From the human T2T-CHM13v2.0 reference genome, Homo sapiens: a DNA stretch of 64,000 bases. Position numbers and translations under genes: made by a program. Where the stretch lies: the NCBI RefSeq assembly GCF_009914755.1, contig NC_060925.1. The stretch is one strand, 5' to 3'. The notes under the pieces are model-generated. The model was not told where the DNA came from, did not search any database, and worked only from the letters and a program-made list of their open reading frames with translations. Position 1 is the stretch's first letter, and each line of letters begins with the position of its first letter. Below, piece after piece: positions 47,089 through 64,000 of the stretch.

Positions 47089-47350
47089 TGCTGGTCACGG
47101 GCATGGCGCCCAGGTGCTGTCCTTCTTGGGAGCATCTTGCTCTGTCGCCCAGGCTGGAGTGCAGTGATGTGAACATGGTCCACTGTACAGGACCATAGGC
47201 ATGTACCACCATGCCCAGCTAATTTTTTTTTTTTTTTTTTTTTTGAGACAGAGTCTCACTCTGTTGCCCAGGTTGGAGTGCAGTGGCATGATCTCAGCTC
47301 ACTGCAACCTGTGTCTCCTGGGTTCAAGCAGATTCTCCTGCCTCAGCCTC
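47089..47350 (-). repeat. Inverted duplication, arm A (Alu fragments plus unique flank)
   Basis: Reverse complement of 48874-49130. Confidence 0.9.
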
Positions 47351-48520
47351 ACCTAAGCACTAAAAAACAAAAACACCAAATCAACAAAAGCCTCTCATCA
47401 GACCTCAGAGACAAAGATCCAGGTGAAAAGATGCTGTCGCCATGATTTATCTATAAACAAGGCTTGGTTCTTCTGCTGGCCGGGGGAGTGGATAAGAATC
47501 TGAGGGTGTGGAGCTGAATTCCCTCCTTCCCCTGGGTGGCCCTTTGAGACTCTGCAGCACACTCATACGCAGGACCGTTCCCACAGTTCGATGACAGCCA
47601 TCGCCTTCCTGTAGGCCGGGAAGACCCGACCCAAGTGGCGTTCATTTCAAGGCACCCAGATTAGACACAAGAGCCCATCTTTCGGGCAGACTGGGGGCCT
47701 GCAATTTGCAAGAAGCCTGTAACTCACATTTCTACTGGCTCACAGACGATAGCATTTCAAGCTGTTAGTCCTGAAGCCAGGGTAATTGTAGCTGAGGGAA
47801 ATATCATAACATTAACCAGAATATTCTTAGTGGAAGGGGCACTCAGAACACACTTAAGAGCTTAAATGGAGGCCATTTGAAAAAAGACAGATGGACAGGA
47901 ATGCCTAGATTTCAAAAGTCAGGACTTTCATTTCCCTCCGAGAAGGCTTTTTGTTTCAGCTAACAGGTTTCAAACGGTGCTGCTGGCAACGGTCACACCA
48001 TAAGGATCTTATTTAAGCAAACCATCAAACACAGTCAGGATGGAAATCTGTGGACAGAATCAGAAGACCTTGAAGTTTCATATCGAGAAGAGGAGAAAGA
48101 AAGACATACTTTCTGCCTCCACACCCCAGGCTCCTCTCTAAAGGCCTGAGATCCCCCAGAGCTGGTGGTAGGGCCTCAGGAATGCAGGTGGGGGACAAAG
48201 GGGTGACCTGGAAGGGCTGCAGGTACCAAGTCTCCCGCAGAGCCTGGCCTAGCCACGGACCTAGACATGATCCCGTCCTTCCACCAGCTCCTGCAGAACA
48301 GCTGCCTTACACAGTCAACTGGAGTTTTTAGGTGGAAATAATAAATATAATAATGATGTTGATTAAGCAAGACCAGTTCAAGGAACACCTCCTCCAGGAA
48401 GCGTTCCCTGAACTGCATGCCGGGCGAGAATACTTCTCCCTGCCTGCTCCCTGGTCTGTCAGACCACTCACCATCTTCACTGGACTTCTCTCTCTAAGGG
48501 CTGGTCCACCCACTTCATCA

Positions 48521-49130
<610 letters not shown>

Positions 49131-51037
49131 GTTCCAGGCACAGAATGAGCCCTTCAAGGATGAATTTGATCGGCCTCAGGGCTGTATCACCATCTATATG
49201 CTGGGACATCTGCAGCCACATCCCCAGCCTAAACCTCTCTCCTGGAACTCCACATGGTACATCCACAGCCTACCTGGTATCTCCACTTTGATCTAATGGG
49301 CCTCTCAAGCTTAAAGTGTCCCTATGCCTGCTCCTCCCCGAGTCCTCCTCACCTCAATCAACAGTGGCTCAGGTCCGAAGCCTTGTAATCACCCTTCACA
49401 CCCCACCTCCTCCTCTTCCATCCCCACCTACCTGCAGAGGCCGCTGGCTCTACTTTTAAAAGTGACCTCAAATCTCACCACTTCTCACCATTTCAACTCT
49501 AGTCTGTGGTCTGAAGGAGGGCAAAATATATTCTCTACCTAATTTCCATTTAAAGCCAGGAAAGGGACATGATTATAAAACTGTTGTCTAGTCTCTTATA
49601 AGTCAGTATTAAACTTTTTAAGTATATGACAATGTCTGTGCCATTCAACATTTCACGTGTGTTACTTCTTTTATCCCCCCAATAAATAACCCTGTGCTAA
49701 CTTTTATTACCCTCAGCCTGGCCTTCAAGACCCTGCCAGACCTGCCCTGGCCATGCCTCCTCCCTCATCTCCGCCCCCACTGCCCTCCCCTCACTGCCTT
49801 CTCCACCTCTGGCCTTCTGCCAGCTCCATCCTGGTGAGCTCATCACCCAGGGCCTCAGCACCCAGCAGGCTCTTCCCCAGACCTGGACCTTTTCATCCTC
49901 CAGTTCCCACTTGTGGGAGAGCCTTCCCTGCCTGCCCGTCCTCTCCCTCCCTCCCACTGTCCTCTTTATTTTCTTCAGGAAGCATTCTGTTGAGTAAAGA
50001 AACACTACTATTTCCGTTTTACAGATGACAAAACTAAAAGACCAGCGACAATAAGTGATTTGTCAAAGTCCCATTGACACAGGGAGCTGTGCTGGTTTGA
50101 AGCCCACACTGGCTGACTCCTGATCATTTTTCCTGCTTTGACTTCCCAGAAGCCTTGCCCCATCTCCAAAGAGAGCATCAGGGTGAAGCTTCAAGACAAC
50201 CCTGGTTCTGTGGTCTCCAAATAAACCTAAAGCAGGCTGTGTTCCTCTACCATTCTCCAAGGCAGTGACTACTGCAATTCATCATGGAAACACTGGGCCA
50301 GTTTAAGGATTCCCACTCTTAAAAAATAGAGGTATAACTCCTACATGCCCTTAAAACCCAGCTCAGACATCACCTCCTTCAGGAAGTCCTCCTGGAGTTG
50401 ACCATGGCCTCTTCTGTGCTACCGTCCCACCCTGAACAGACTTTGCACTGGCTGTATGAATCACATCATACAGTTATCAGTTACCCAATGTGTCTCCTAT
50501 GCTAGACCTGGTGATCAGACACCCAGGGCAGGGACTAATGTCAACTTAGTTATTTACAGCCTTGGGCGAGGTGACGGAAAGAGAGAGGAGAGTTGTGTAT
50601 CTGACAGAGCTGCGTTCGTAGATCCCTTACCACAGAGACCCTCCCAGCCCTCAGGATCCCCATCATATGCGCACCCTGTACACTGCCCTCCGCAGGACTG
50701 AATGCAATTATAATAGAACAGTTGTTTTTGAACAACATCCCTCTCCCGTTAGACTGGAAGATCCATGAAGGCAGGGGGCCTTTGGTCCGCTGCTCTATCT
50801 CTCATGCTTGTGGGTGGCACTCTTCAAACGTCTGCTGCATGATTGGAATAACAGATGGAACGATGAGAAGAATGGGGAGGACAAGAGAAGAAAGGAGAGG
50901 AGGGCAGGGAACAAACGGAAGGAAAGCTGAATGGGCTGCCAGCTGCCCAAGTCCAAGGTCCCCGTGCTCTGCAGCAGGTACCTACGGCAGCCCGCGTGTG
51001 CCTGCTGTGCCTGCTGCATCCCCGGGGCATGAGCTCA

Positions 51038-51247
<210 letters not shown>

Positions 51248-52861
51248 TCAGTACCTTTAACATCTGGCCCTGGGCACTGAGACAAAATTATGGGCCTGTT
51301 CTTTTCTTTTCCACATGTGTCTGACACCAACTGTGTCCCTCTATAAAGAAACCCATTCTTGAATTACAGTGGAGCGTGATTTCTAATACAGTCTTCCTTC
51401 CAAAAACTGTGTGCAGCTTTAATTACCTGGTCACCAGGGTGGCCTAGTAAATTTAAGTGTGTATGTGCTTGGTATTGGTCTCTGGTGGGCAAAGTACAAG
51501 CTGAAGTCCCGAGAAGAAGGTAAACATTTCAAATACACAGGAATCTAAAGAACTCGGAGTAGAAAAACTCGTCCGTGCCGGGAACTCCCACAGGCTCCTA
51601 TGCTGGGTGGAGTCTCCAGTACTTTCCAGGCCCCTAGCCAAGTGTTACCAGTTGGCTTGTAGAGTCAACTCTATCTGCTGCAAAGAGAGCTTCACCCCGG
51701 CTCCCCCACAGCACAGAGCCCCAGTGGGCTCACCTCCGGCTGGCCTGCCAGGGGGCCGCCTCACCAAGAAAGATGACCCCGCGGTCGGGGGCTGGCAGGA
51801 CTCAAACTCTGGGCCAATGTTGCGACTCTGACACAAGGCTCTGCAAGTAACCAGGCCACTGGCCTCCTCCTCCCAACTCAAACATCAATTTCTACCAAAA
51901 TATCCCAGAAAGGGATGGCAGCACTTTCAGAAATGGATTCCTTCAGGCCTGAGTCACTTCCACGCTATATTTTCAATGTGCTGACTTATTTGTTTCATGG
52001 GCCTGGGTTTATGGGGGCTCCACCATATCGTTTACCAGGAAAGCGCCTGCCAGTTGCACCAATAACCCTTCCCAGTGGAAAAATTCCATCGTATGGCAAA
52101 GACACCAGCAGAGCAGCTCAGCAGACGGGCTGACAGCGACAGTGGTTCCTGTGTTCTTCCAGAAGGCCCTTGCCACCATCCAAGAGACAGGCAGGGACAG
52201 GGAGTCCCACCACCACAGGGACCACCCAGCCTCCACGGGCTCCTCTGCTGCCCCTCCAGGGTGCTTTAGAACTCAGCTTGGAAAGCAACGCCCAGCACAA
52301 CTAAAGGACTGTAACCCTGCCTCATAACTCACAGAAATTCTGGCCTTGGTGAGATGATCTGTTTCTTATACAGGGGACAGTACCCAAAGAGATAGACATA
52401 CACCACCAACCCCTGTGAACAATGTGCTGGGCTTACAGGTGTGAGCCCCCAGGCCTGGCCTGTACCTGTGCTTGTTTTCAGAATTCTTTCTCCATGTGTA
52501 TCTGCCCTTTCCTAACAAACATAATAAAAATGGGGGCTACTTTCAAAGTTGGTTTTGGTGATAATATCATGCACCTTACCATTTCCATGTGCCTGCCATG
52601 CACCACGCACTATGGTAGGCCCTTTACATAGAGCATATTGTTGACTTGAAAGCTCACACGCATTCTGCAAAGTGGGTATGCAAAGCCCCATTTTACAGAT
52701 TAGAGTTGAGGCCGGGAGCCATAAAGTTACCCAAGGGCCACACAAGAAGCAAGCAGTGGAGACAGAAAACAAAACCAGGGCCAGATGAGTCCAAAGTCCC
52801 TACTCCTCCTACTCTAACTTTGGTTTAATGTCCAGCTAAGGGGAAGGACAGTGCATGCTAA

Positions 52862-52880
52862 AGGCACCCTCTGGTGGCAA
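52862..52880 (-). promoter_or_regulatory. Candidate CTCF site
   Basis: Minus strand TTGCCACCAGAGGGTGCCT is close to the consensus TGGCCACCAGGGGGCGCTA. Confidence 0.55.
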
Positions 52881-54941
52881 ACAGCCCTCTCCTAGCCCCA
52901 GCCCTGCTTAGCTGTGGCCACAGAGCCCCTCAACTGGAAGGAAGTCCTGGCTGAGGAAGGAAGGTCTAACAGCTTCCACCCGAGGCCATCTGGGACCTGA
53001 AAGAGGCCTTGCTGTGCTGCCACAGCCAATGAAGCCACCTCACCTAACACATCATGCCTGTCCCTAAGCATCTCTGTTTATAATGCTGGGATGCTGCCTT
53101 GGCTTATCTGTTGGGCCTCAACTTTTGCCTGGAACCCATTCTCTCTGGTTGGAGTCCTGACACCATCAGCTCAATTTTTCCTCAATTACAGTAGAGACTG
53201 AGCAAACAGGGTCTGAAGTTAGACCTCCTGACTCCGCTGCGTACAAGTAGCCTTATGGCCTGGGTAAGTCATTTTACTTCTCTACTAAGACTTGGTTTCC
53301 GTACCTGTAAAATGGGGATAATAAAACCAACCCATCTGGGTGCCCATGCCCATGTGATTTTGAGGACCCACATGACACAATGCATTCCGTGTTCAGGGCA
53401 GAGCCTGGCACAGGGAAATGCACGTATGTTACTGCCTGACACGTTCAGGTTCCTTTCCCTTCCTTTAGACAATATCATCTGTCACCTGTTACTCTCAGAT
53501 GGCAACAATAGCCTGGATCATACCTGAATTCACTGTGCTGCTTCAGACACAGGGTACAAACGTACCTGTGAGGATCCGGTGCTTCACCCCAGTTCCACCT
53601 GGAGCCAGCTGTTTCCCTTCTCCTGCCAGGCACACTGCTTGCAGCTAAGTCCCCTCAACGTAGGAAAGCTCACAAGAAAATAGGGTTTGGTATAAAAGAG
53701 GCTTGACTCTACTCCTATCCAAGAGATTCATCTATGAATCGAAAGCATCTGAGTAATCTCTTCCTAGCACTTAACACCAGGTGGAGTATTTTTTCATTGA
53801 TCAGTTATCTGTATCCCTCACTAGAATGTAAGTTTTACTGGGGCAAGGACTTCGATCTTACTCACTGCAGGATTCTCAGTGCCTGTGGCTGTGCCTGACA
53901 CACAGCAAATGCTTAATATATTTGGGAGGAAGGAAAGAAAGGAGGGAAAGAGGGAGGAAAGGAGGAGTTTTACAACACGGAGCCTCCCAAACTCCAATCA
54001 ACTTTACTTTAAAATTAATAAATTGGCAGGTAATAGGAATCTTTAGCAAAAGCACTTGTCCAGAACTAAATCTGAATGGATGCTGATGACAAGTTTCCTG
54101 TGTGGTTCCAACCCAGCACTCTCAGATATGAACCATGGTATGGTGGGAAAGCACTGAACAAAGAGAACCGGAGCTGTCATGAAAGCCCTGGCATTTTTTA
54201 TTAACATATGACCTCAAGGAGCCACAGCATTGGTGGAAAGAGTGAGAACTAAGAGACCTGGGTTCTAGCCTCTGCTCTGCTGTGAGCTGGCCACGGAACC
54301 TTAGGCAAAGCCCAAGACTGTTCATTTGTCAAACACAGTAGATGAGCTGCACGGAGACAGACCGCCCTTGAAGATCTGTGATGGGACTTCTGAAAGCCAG
54401 TATGCCAGGTACTAACCAACCCCAGAAAAACATACATTTAAACTGGAACTCAAAAACTGGCAGTGCTTGTCCTACAGTGAAAAGCCTCTGGGACTTGATA
54501 TGGCCAACGGACTCCACCCAAGCAGGCACCATTTTTGCCTTTTGGATCAACTCTTAAGCTGGGCCATAGTTTTGGCCATATTTCCATCAGCGCTGTTTCT
54601 TTTGATCAAAGATAATCTGCTCTGGAATAATAACATTTTCGTTGTCATGGGGAAAGAGAAATGTGGAATAATACATGGTGTGCCCACAGACTTGGACCAC
54701 AGCAGCTGCCCAAAGGTGCATTAGTCACGACCTGGCACCATCACTGATCCCGTCTCATACCCACGCCGTCCCTCCACCTCTGCCCGAAACTCCTCAAACA
54801 ACCACACGGTCCCATTCACCACTCCCTGAACATGCACGTGCATTCCCCCACTTAAACATCTTCCCCATTGAGGGTTGCTGGATAAAACAGAGGGAGGCCA
54901 GTTCAGTCTGAATTTCAGATACACAATGAATAACATTTTAG

Positions 54942-55271
<330 letters not shown>

Positions 55272-57447
55272 AGGCCATGTATTTTTATTTGCTAAATCTG
55301 ACAGCCAATCCCCACTGCTCTCTTAAATCTTACTGATCCTTCAGGGCCTGGCCCAAACTCCAACTTCTTTATCAAGATGTCAAATTCTTCAGAATTCCTG
55401 CAGTAACACTAATATCAACTGAATCCTAAATGCTTTGGGGATGGCTGTTCTAATACTGCCAATGACTTTCACCTTACTCCTTCCTCACCACTTAGCATTT
55501 TTCATTGTGAATTGACTCCACACCTACAGAGGCCAAGACAGGCCCTCCAGCCTCAGCGCAGCATCACGCCCGCTGCAGCAGGGATCAGTCAATGCATGCT
55601 GATTCCATGTAAGTGGATATTAATCCTGTGGTCTGAGGCCATATTACAGAACCAGAATGAAGGCAGTGTATCTCTGTAATCTAACCAGTCCCTACACTCA
55701 TCTGAACCCCGGCCCCCGCCCCCTACTCATGTCGAGTGCTTAGAGCAGTGGAAGAAATCACATTAAGTGTCACAGACCATGGGTTTGTACAGTGATTTAA
55801 ATGAAACGACAGGTCCAAACAAAGCCGAGAGTTCACTTTGGGGTGCATGTGGCACTGGCTCTGTCGCCTCCAAAGCCAGGGAGGGCCTCTGAGGAGGAGG
55901 AGCGGTGCTGACACGCGGCAGCCGGATGGTTTCTGTCTAAACCACCCATCTGAACTGCCTAACGGCCTTGGAGGGAAGGTTCAGATAACACCAAAGGTGT
56001 CAGACCAATCCAGGCTGTTGGGGGGATTTAAACATAATTCCCAGTGACTTGGAATAATAAACACTACACTGGTCAGGACAGTGCCTGCCGTCTTTCTGGT
56101 GGGAGTTCAGGGCTCCACCAGTTCCTCTGCTGCCACAGGAGTGTGCCCACCCCAGGGAGCAGGAGCCACAAGTCCTTCACCACCGATACTTTTGCCGGGC
56201 TCGGTGGTACCCAGGAGGCCACTGGAAAGACGGGTGGGGAGTGGGTAAAGTGAACTAGGGCAGGGAGAAGAAAAAACCCCAGAAGGTAGAAGGTAAGGGA
56301 GAGACTAGGATGCCATTGGCAACGGCCTCAGGTGACACCTGAATAATAATCCGTGGAAGGACCAGGTGATCGTAATAGCCCTGCCCTGCGTGGCAGGCAC
56401 TATGCTAGCAGCTCTCCCTGCCCTTCCCTATGATCCTGACAATGGCTCTTCACACAGACACGCACTCCAGTCCTTGTTTTAAAGAAGGGGAAACAGGGCC
56501 TTAGAGAAATAACTTGACCGGAGCCACGCAGCTACGGGCCAATGTCTGAGGAAGGACATGCAGTTATATACAGCACAGCTAGGTTCAAAAAGAAACTGCT
56601 TTTCCCAAACTGAACACTTTTTTTTTTTTCTTAAATCATCCAACCCAACAGCTGATCACACGAAGAGATACAAATCAGAAGTTTCCGGCCACAAGTGAGG
56701 TTCGTGTTTGTGCCGCCATATGGTTCTACTTTGCCTCTTCCTCTTCTCCATTAGTTATTAATGTTGAAAAAAATTGTTCAACCAGAAAAAGAAACTTGAG
56801 ATGAACCCTTAAAAAAAGCACAAAAGCCAGAGCAGCTCAGACCCACGGAGTCTAACCCACGGCGCCCTTGTCTTTAAGAAGTGCACCCTTGTACCTCGGT
56901 TTTTTAAAAAATGGCCAAATGAACACATTCCATCTTTTGATCTGCCTGTTGGCCGAGAGCCCACCACCAGCAAGATAGGAATCAAAAACAGATTCTGCGT
57001 ACTTGGGTGCACTCAGAGGAAACTGCCACGCCAGAATGCTGCAGCTGCCGACGTCCAGCAGAGGGCTCTGTGACAATTTGTTCCTTTTATTTTTCCAGAA
57101 GGCCCAAAACTTTCTTAAAAAGATAAAAGAGCATTTCAAGTGGCACATACACTCGTGTCAGAAACAAAATATACAGTGTGGCATTCTGTAAAAACACCAA
57201 CCTCGAAACCGAACAGGTTCAAATCCTCGGTCAGTCACTTGCTGGCTGAGTGTAACCTTCCTAAGTCTCTGGAACTGGGGGTTACAACATCCATGTCAAG
57301 GAGAAATTCACACTGTTCCATAAACCCCGAATGCCCGCTCCAGGCCCGTGTCAGGTGCAAGGGCTCAGCACGGGAAGAGATGGACATGGGCGGCCCTGCT
57401 CTGACAGCAAAGTCCAGCCACAGAGGCATCTCCAAGAGGCAAGGGTA

Positions 57448-57735
57448 GGCCAGGCATGGTGGCTCACGCCTGTAACCAGCACTTTGGGAGGCTGAGGAGG
57501 GTGGATCACTTGAGTTCAGGAGTTCAAGACCAGCCTGGCCAATGTGGCAAAACCCCATCTCTACTAAAAATATACAAAAATTAGCCAGGTGTGGTGGTGC
57601 ATGCCTATAATCCCAGCTACTCAGGAGGCCGAAGCAGGAGAATCACTTGAATCTGGGAGATAGAGGTTGCCGTGAGCCAAGACTGTGTCACTGCACTGTA
57701 GCCTGTGCGACACAGAGAGACTCTGTAAAAAAAGA
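57448..57735 (+). mobile_element. AluS
   Basis: Alu consensus. Confidence 0.92.
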
Positions 57736-58049
57736 GGCAGGAAGCGAACCTGCAGGAGACGACAGAAGGGGGTTGCTGTGGGGGCAAGTCAGCAGTCTAG
57801 GAGGTGGCACAGAGATGACATGTGAATAATGACCAAGGAGCCGGCCCTCCAAGACTACAGGGAAAAATAACAGGGGCATCCCAAGAAGAGGGAAGAGCTG
57901 GCATGAGGCTCTGCTGCAGAGGCCACTGAGGCAAGTGCAAGAACAGAGAGGAGCAAAGCGCGGCTGGAGTGAGACCCAGTGAGGCAGCACGCAGCACCTC
58001 CTGGGTCACTCCAAGTGTGAGGGCAGGCCCTGGCACACTGCTTTTCTTA

Positions 58050-58334
<285 letters not shown>

Positions 58335-59347
58335 TTATGTATAATAGGTAATACATTCACATAGGTCAGAATTCAAAAAGGTACAAGAGCACATGCTGGG
58401 AAAGGCCTCCCAGTGAGGGCCTGCAAGCTGGCTGTCCTCGCCTAGGGAGATGGCCTCCAGGTCAGGATCCCTTCAGTGGGGCTCCCTTCACCGGTCTGTC
58501 CAGATGGACACATGGCCTCCACCAGCCTATGAGAGATGCAGGAATCCCCACCCCACCACCACTACTTAGTGTAGAGAAAACACAAGCCTGCTCCCCAACT
58601 CCCCAAGGGCAGCTTCGTTACAGGGACCCCAGTTTGTCATTAGGAACACTGAGCCACGGAAGCACAGCTTCATGTAGCCGAGGCTGGAGCTTCCGACCCA
58701 TTTTGCCTAATGGCTCTCTGAGCATGGCCACCTCTGCAATGAGAAGGCACCTGCACAGGCGGCAGCTTCGCGCCGGGCCTGAAAGTCACACCCGGGTGGC
58801 CAAGCTTGTTTTTGGACGGGAAGCAGCTGTGCTCCCAGAGACTCAGGCAAGTGGTACCCCTGAGTAACCAGAGGGGGACCCCAGGGGCTCCCGCTCACCC
58901 CAGGAAGCATCAAAACATATCTCCTTAGGATAATAGCCACGTGAGCTAGGGTATGGCGCACCTATTCGGAGGCAGGATTGAGGGCACCCCCCAACCTGTG
59001 GATGAGAAAACCCAGGCACGGGGAAGCTGCTGGCCCCGGCTGTCCCAGCCAACACGAGGTGGAGAGGAATGAGAATCTCAATTTGAGACTGACCCAGCTC
59101 TTCCAAAGACCAGGCCCCACCGGATCAACAAGGCGAGCTGCCCCCATCCCCAGTCAGGCTCAGGGGACAGGGGAGGAAAAAATAATAGAATTGGGGGAAT
59201 TATGGGACTGTGAGGACCAAAGCTTTTTCCCCCAAGTGCCCGGTCACGGCAGACCCAAGGTGCCTGGGGTCGCCTGGGAAGGGCTGCAGGGCTGGGCTCT
59301 CCTGCCCCTCACCACAGCCCACAGCCCACAGCAGATCCGACATGTGA

Positions 59348-59811
<464 letters not shown>

Positions 59812-59951
59812 AAGGGCCATATTCTTTAAGTGCAAGCACAGCCTGCTTTCTTCCTGTGAAGGCTGTAAGTTGTAAGATGCACCAGTAATTATAACATCGC
59901 TAAGTGTACACATTAAGTGTAAGAAGCAATTTCCCAATTTTGGCAACATTA

Positions 59952-60280
<329 letters not shown>

Positions 60281-60341
60281 GAGCAAGCCACGCAACATAG
60301 ATTTGAGATAATGGTACATACAGCACATCTGGCGGAGTAAC

Positions 60342-60697
60342 ACAGATGTTTCTGACTTAAGATTTTTTTGATTCTGCGATAGTATTCAGTAGAAGCTGTA
60401 GTTTGAATTTTGATCTTTTCCTGGGCTAGCGATGCACGGTCTGATCCTCCCTCATGACGCAGGGAGACAGCAGCTCCCACAGCTCCCCACAAGCCCTGTG
60501 ATCAAAAAGGTGAGCGATGACACTCTACAGCCACTGCGCGCCAGGTGCTTTCACCAAACTGTAGGTGTGTTCTGAGCACGTTTAGGGTCAGCCAGCCTAA
60601 GCCACGACGCTTGGCAGGTTAGGGGGATTAAAAGCATTTTCTACTTCCAGTGGATTTTTCGTCACGTAACCCCTTCGAGGGTGCAGCAGCATCTGTA
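60342..60697. mobile_element. Tigger5/MER47-like TcMar element
   Basis: Inverted termini CAGATG...CATCTG; internal GTGTTCTGAGCACGTTTA...CTAAGC...GGTTAGG. Confidence 0.7.
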
Positions 60698-62159
60698 CCT
60701 GCTCATATGAGGCACATGACTCAAGGCGGGGGTTGTGGTTGGTTACCTAGGGTTTAATACAACTGAGGCTGGCCGAGAGGGCCAACATTAGGAAGCCATT
60801 TTTGACCAACAAATGATTTATTCTACTTAGAAATGAGTCTTCCACATGCCATTAACAACAAAGAGCTTTTTCAGGAAACGGTAAGTCCCCTCCATCTCTT
60901 TCTTTTCTCAGACAGGTGCCCTGACCATCCAGAGATAAATAATAAACAAAAGCAGGCCTCCTGGGCTCGCTTTCAGCCATTCATACTCCAAACCCCAAAG
61001 CTTTGCCCTCTGGAATCTCACAGCCTGGAAGGGGCCACAACGGTTTCCTAAAGAAAGGGTCAGGAAGGGGCAGAACAAAGAAGACAAATGGAAAGGAGAA
61101 ATGAAAATCACTACATTTGGGTCAACCACAGGCACACACAAGGCTCCTGTTGTCCACATGTAACCTTAAGCTTCCCTGAAGGGGATGAACCAGGCCCTCG
61201 GAGCCTAATTAAATGAACCATTTCCTGGCCAGGCACACAACCCATCACCTGTGTGCAGAGAAGCCAGGGTCTCTCTAAGCTCCCGGCTGCTTTTAATTAA
61301 GGACTCGTCCCTGAGAGATGAAGCACAACATACAAAACCACCTTCGAGTCACCAGAATGGAAGTCATCTTGGACTTAGTGCTGAGAACTGCCTGCAGCCG
61401 GCCAGCCAGCCGGCAGGAGAAGCTGCCGCCTACAGCCAGGCGATGGCCTCAGGCTAAGGAGCACAGGGAGGCTCCCCTGACTCAGGCTTGCCCCACACCC
61501 AGCATCCTGCATGTCTATCCAGACCACCTTTCTTCCCCGTGCTCCACCTAAGTCATCCTTCAGGGTCTGATTCGGCCACGCCTGCCTCTTCCACTGCAAC
61601 CTCCCAAAGCCGCGACGGCAGAGGCCGTTGCCCCGCCTCTACTCCTGCACCCTGTGCAGGATGCGGTCTTGAGCCTCACAGGTTTGTGACATGCATGTGT
61701 CTCCCCAGGGCAGTGATGAGCTGTCTGGACGGCCTCATGCCCGGCTTGATGCTGGCAGGACTTCTGAAGCGTTGGTGGGATGGTGTGGGATGGTGGAAAA
61801 CTAGGGCCACTTGGGTCAGGTTCTGATCTTTTGAAGCCCAAGCCTGCCTTGGTGGGAAGCAAGTTCTCAGCACTCTTCAGCACCTCCCTTAAAGGAGGGA
61901 CTATTCTTCGGTGAGTGGGAGACAGACCGAAACTTGACGTGGATGGCATTTCATCTTCCTGACTGCCAGCCCTGAGTTGGATGAAGGTGTGCACCCACTG
62001 GGCGTGGGCTGCCGCCTGCTGTGGAGCTGCCGCTGCCCCTCGTACCCTACACAGGCTCCTCCTAAAGCCAGACCCGCAGCCTTCCCAGCATGAAGGCAAG
62101 CACGGGGTAGCTGCTGTTCTCTTCCCGGACGGTCCTCAGTCCTCGGTCCAGCTTTCTCA

Positions 62160-62496
<337 letters not shown>

Positions 62497-64000
62497 ATTA
62501 TCGTATTGGCTTGTATTCTTCTGTCACCTGAAATCTTTTTGGGAAAAGACCAGGTAAAAATACACAAACATAACTCATATATAAGTTGATTTTTCTCCAA
62601 AGACACTGTAATTTCACAGAGGATCTCTGTCCTCTCGTTTAAGTGAAAAGATACATAGTGAAACCAAATTTTTGTTCTCGTCAACATTTTAATGAAACAT
62701 TATTCAAGGGCCTGCTGTAGGTCATAATTCCCAAGAACCTATGGACAACATTAAGTGAGGACTTACTGAACTATCAAAGTTATGATTGGAATAACAGCAA
62801 AGATGTTTAGGTCTTACCATTTAAAAGGCATGTAACACACATCCTCATTTTATCATCACAGCAACCCTGCAGAAGGCAGGGGTGTTATTATCCCACATTA
62901 CTGTTTACAGGTGAAAAAAAGAGGCACAGGTAGGTTAAGCAACTTGGCTATGGTCACACAGCAGGTAATTCAATGAAAGCCATGCGATCCCACCCTAAGG
63001 CCGTGCGGACTCTAGAATGACACCTGGTGAGTAACCTAGCAGGCAAAATAATTCAGCTGAAAGAGTCACCAGCTGGATGGTGGCAGAGAGAAGTACTTGG
63101 CAAGATTGGTTTTTCACACAAGGTCAACGCGAACGGAACCTCTCATACCAGCCACCTACTAGGGTACAGCATCAAGACCTAATTTCAGGGAGGGAAATGG
63201 GAAATGCATCCATTTCATCATCACTGGATACTAAGGGTTAGGCCTGGCCTCAGGCTTTATAAACCACATGTGTGCCAAATGTCCACGTCTAAACCTAGAG
63301 TTTAGGGTGAAAACTATGAATGGGCTACCATGGAAGTTACAAAATAAGAATGCAGGGGGGAAGCCTGAGGGCGCGCGCCACCCGAATGCGGGAGGAGCCA
63401 GATGGGGCAGCATAGGAAGGGCTGTTCTTTACCACTGATCTGGGGGGCTCATGATCGCCCAGAGGGACAGACCAACAGCATCGGGGTCTGTGGGTTGATA
63501 TTCATCTGCACGTCGACACTGGTGGGGATGCCAGGGAAATCTCACATGTTCTGTTTAGCAGAAACGAGACACCTGAGGCAGAAAGTGACAATAAGGAGTC
63601 ACACGGCCAGGCAACCATGGGCAATGGCAACGCAGGGGATACTTTAGAATCTGAAAGCCTGTGAAACACCCTCAAGTCCGAGAGGATCTGCTCCATGATG
63701 AGGAACTCCGTGACCTCCAGGGCCCACACACGGAGGTGAGCCACAGTCATCCTGCCACACCTGCTCAGTCTCCCGATGAGCCAGGCGAGGTGCTGAGCCC
63801 TGTACTCCTCGCCCCAGGGGTCCTGATAGCCCCTTGGGAGGCGAATGACCTTTGAAGCCACAGCAGAGGCTGACCAGCTCAGAGCACGGAGCCACTGAGT
63901 CAGAGGGCGGAGGTCTGGCTTCCTCCAACAGATTCTCCAAAAATCCTCACGACCACAAGCTTCTAAACCTCAATGACCTACCATGATTCCAGTAATACTT

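Noticed and set aside
47135-47225. 7SL-like ncRNA appearance
   Set aside because: Degenerate Alu right arm with no S-domain.

Overview
Human (primate, Alu-rich) genomic DNA holding the 3' two-thirds of CAPZB (F-actin capping protein beta subunit, 1p36.13) on the minus strand. It contains coding exons 3-8, the muscle-type beta1 cassette exon (113 nt) and the terminal exon (beta2 C-terminus plus 3'UTR, AATAAA at 4330-4335). Exons 1-2 lie beyond the right edge, and 1-4300 is 3' flank. All splice junctions are GT-AG and the exon phases join into the known protein. The remainder is intronic, with about 35 Alu/FLAM copies, MER31 and MER21 LTRs, hAT and Tigger DNA transposons, and L2, L3 and MIR remnants. 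Repeat subfamily names come from remembered consensus sequences, not a RepeatMasker run, and repeat boundaries are approximate. The least-explained structures are: (1) a short polyadenylated non-Alu retro-insertion with a perfect 14-bp target-site duplication in intron 6; (2) an 80-nt unique-sequence element present twice, 2.37 kb apart, in intron 6, carrying a hairpin and a MEF2/E-box cluster; (3) a ~260-nt inverted duplication in intron 3. I found no convincing new protein-coding gene or multi-gene system.
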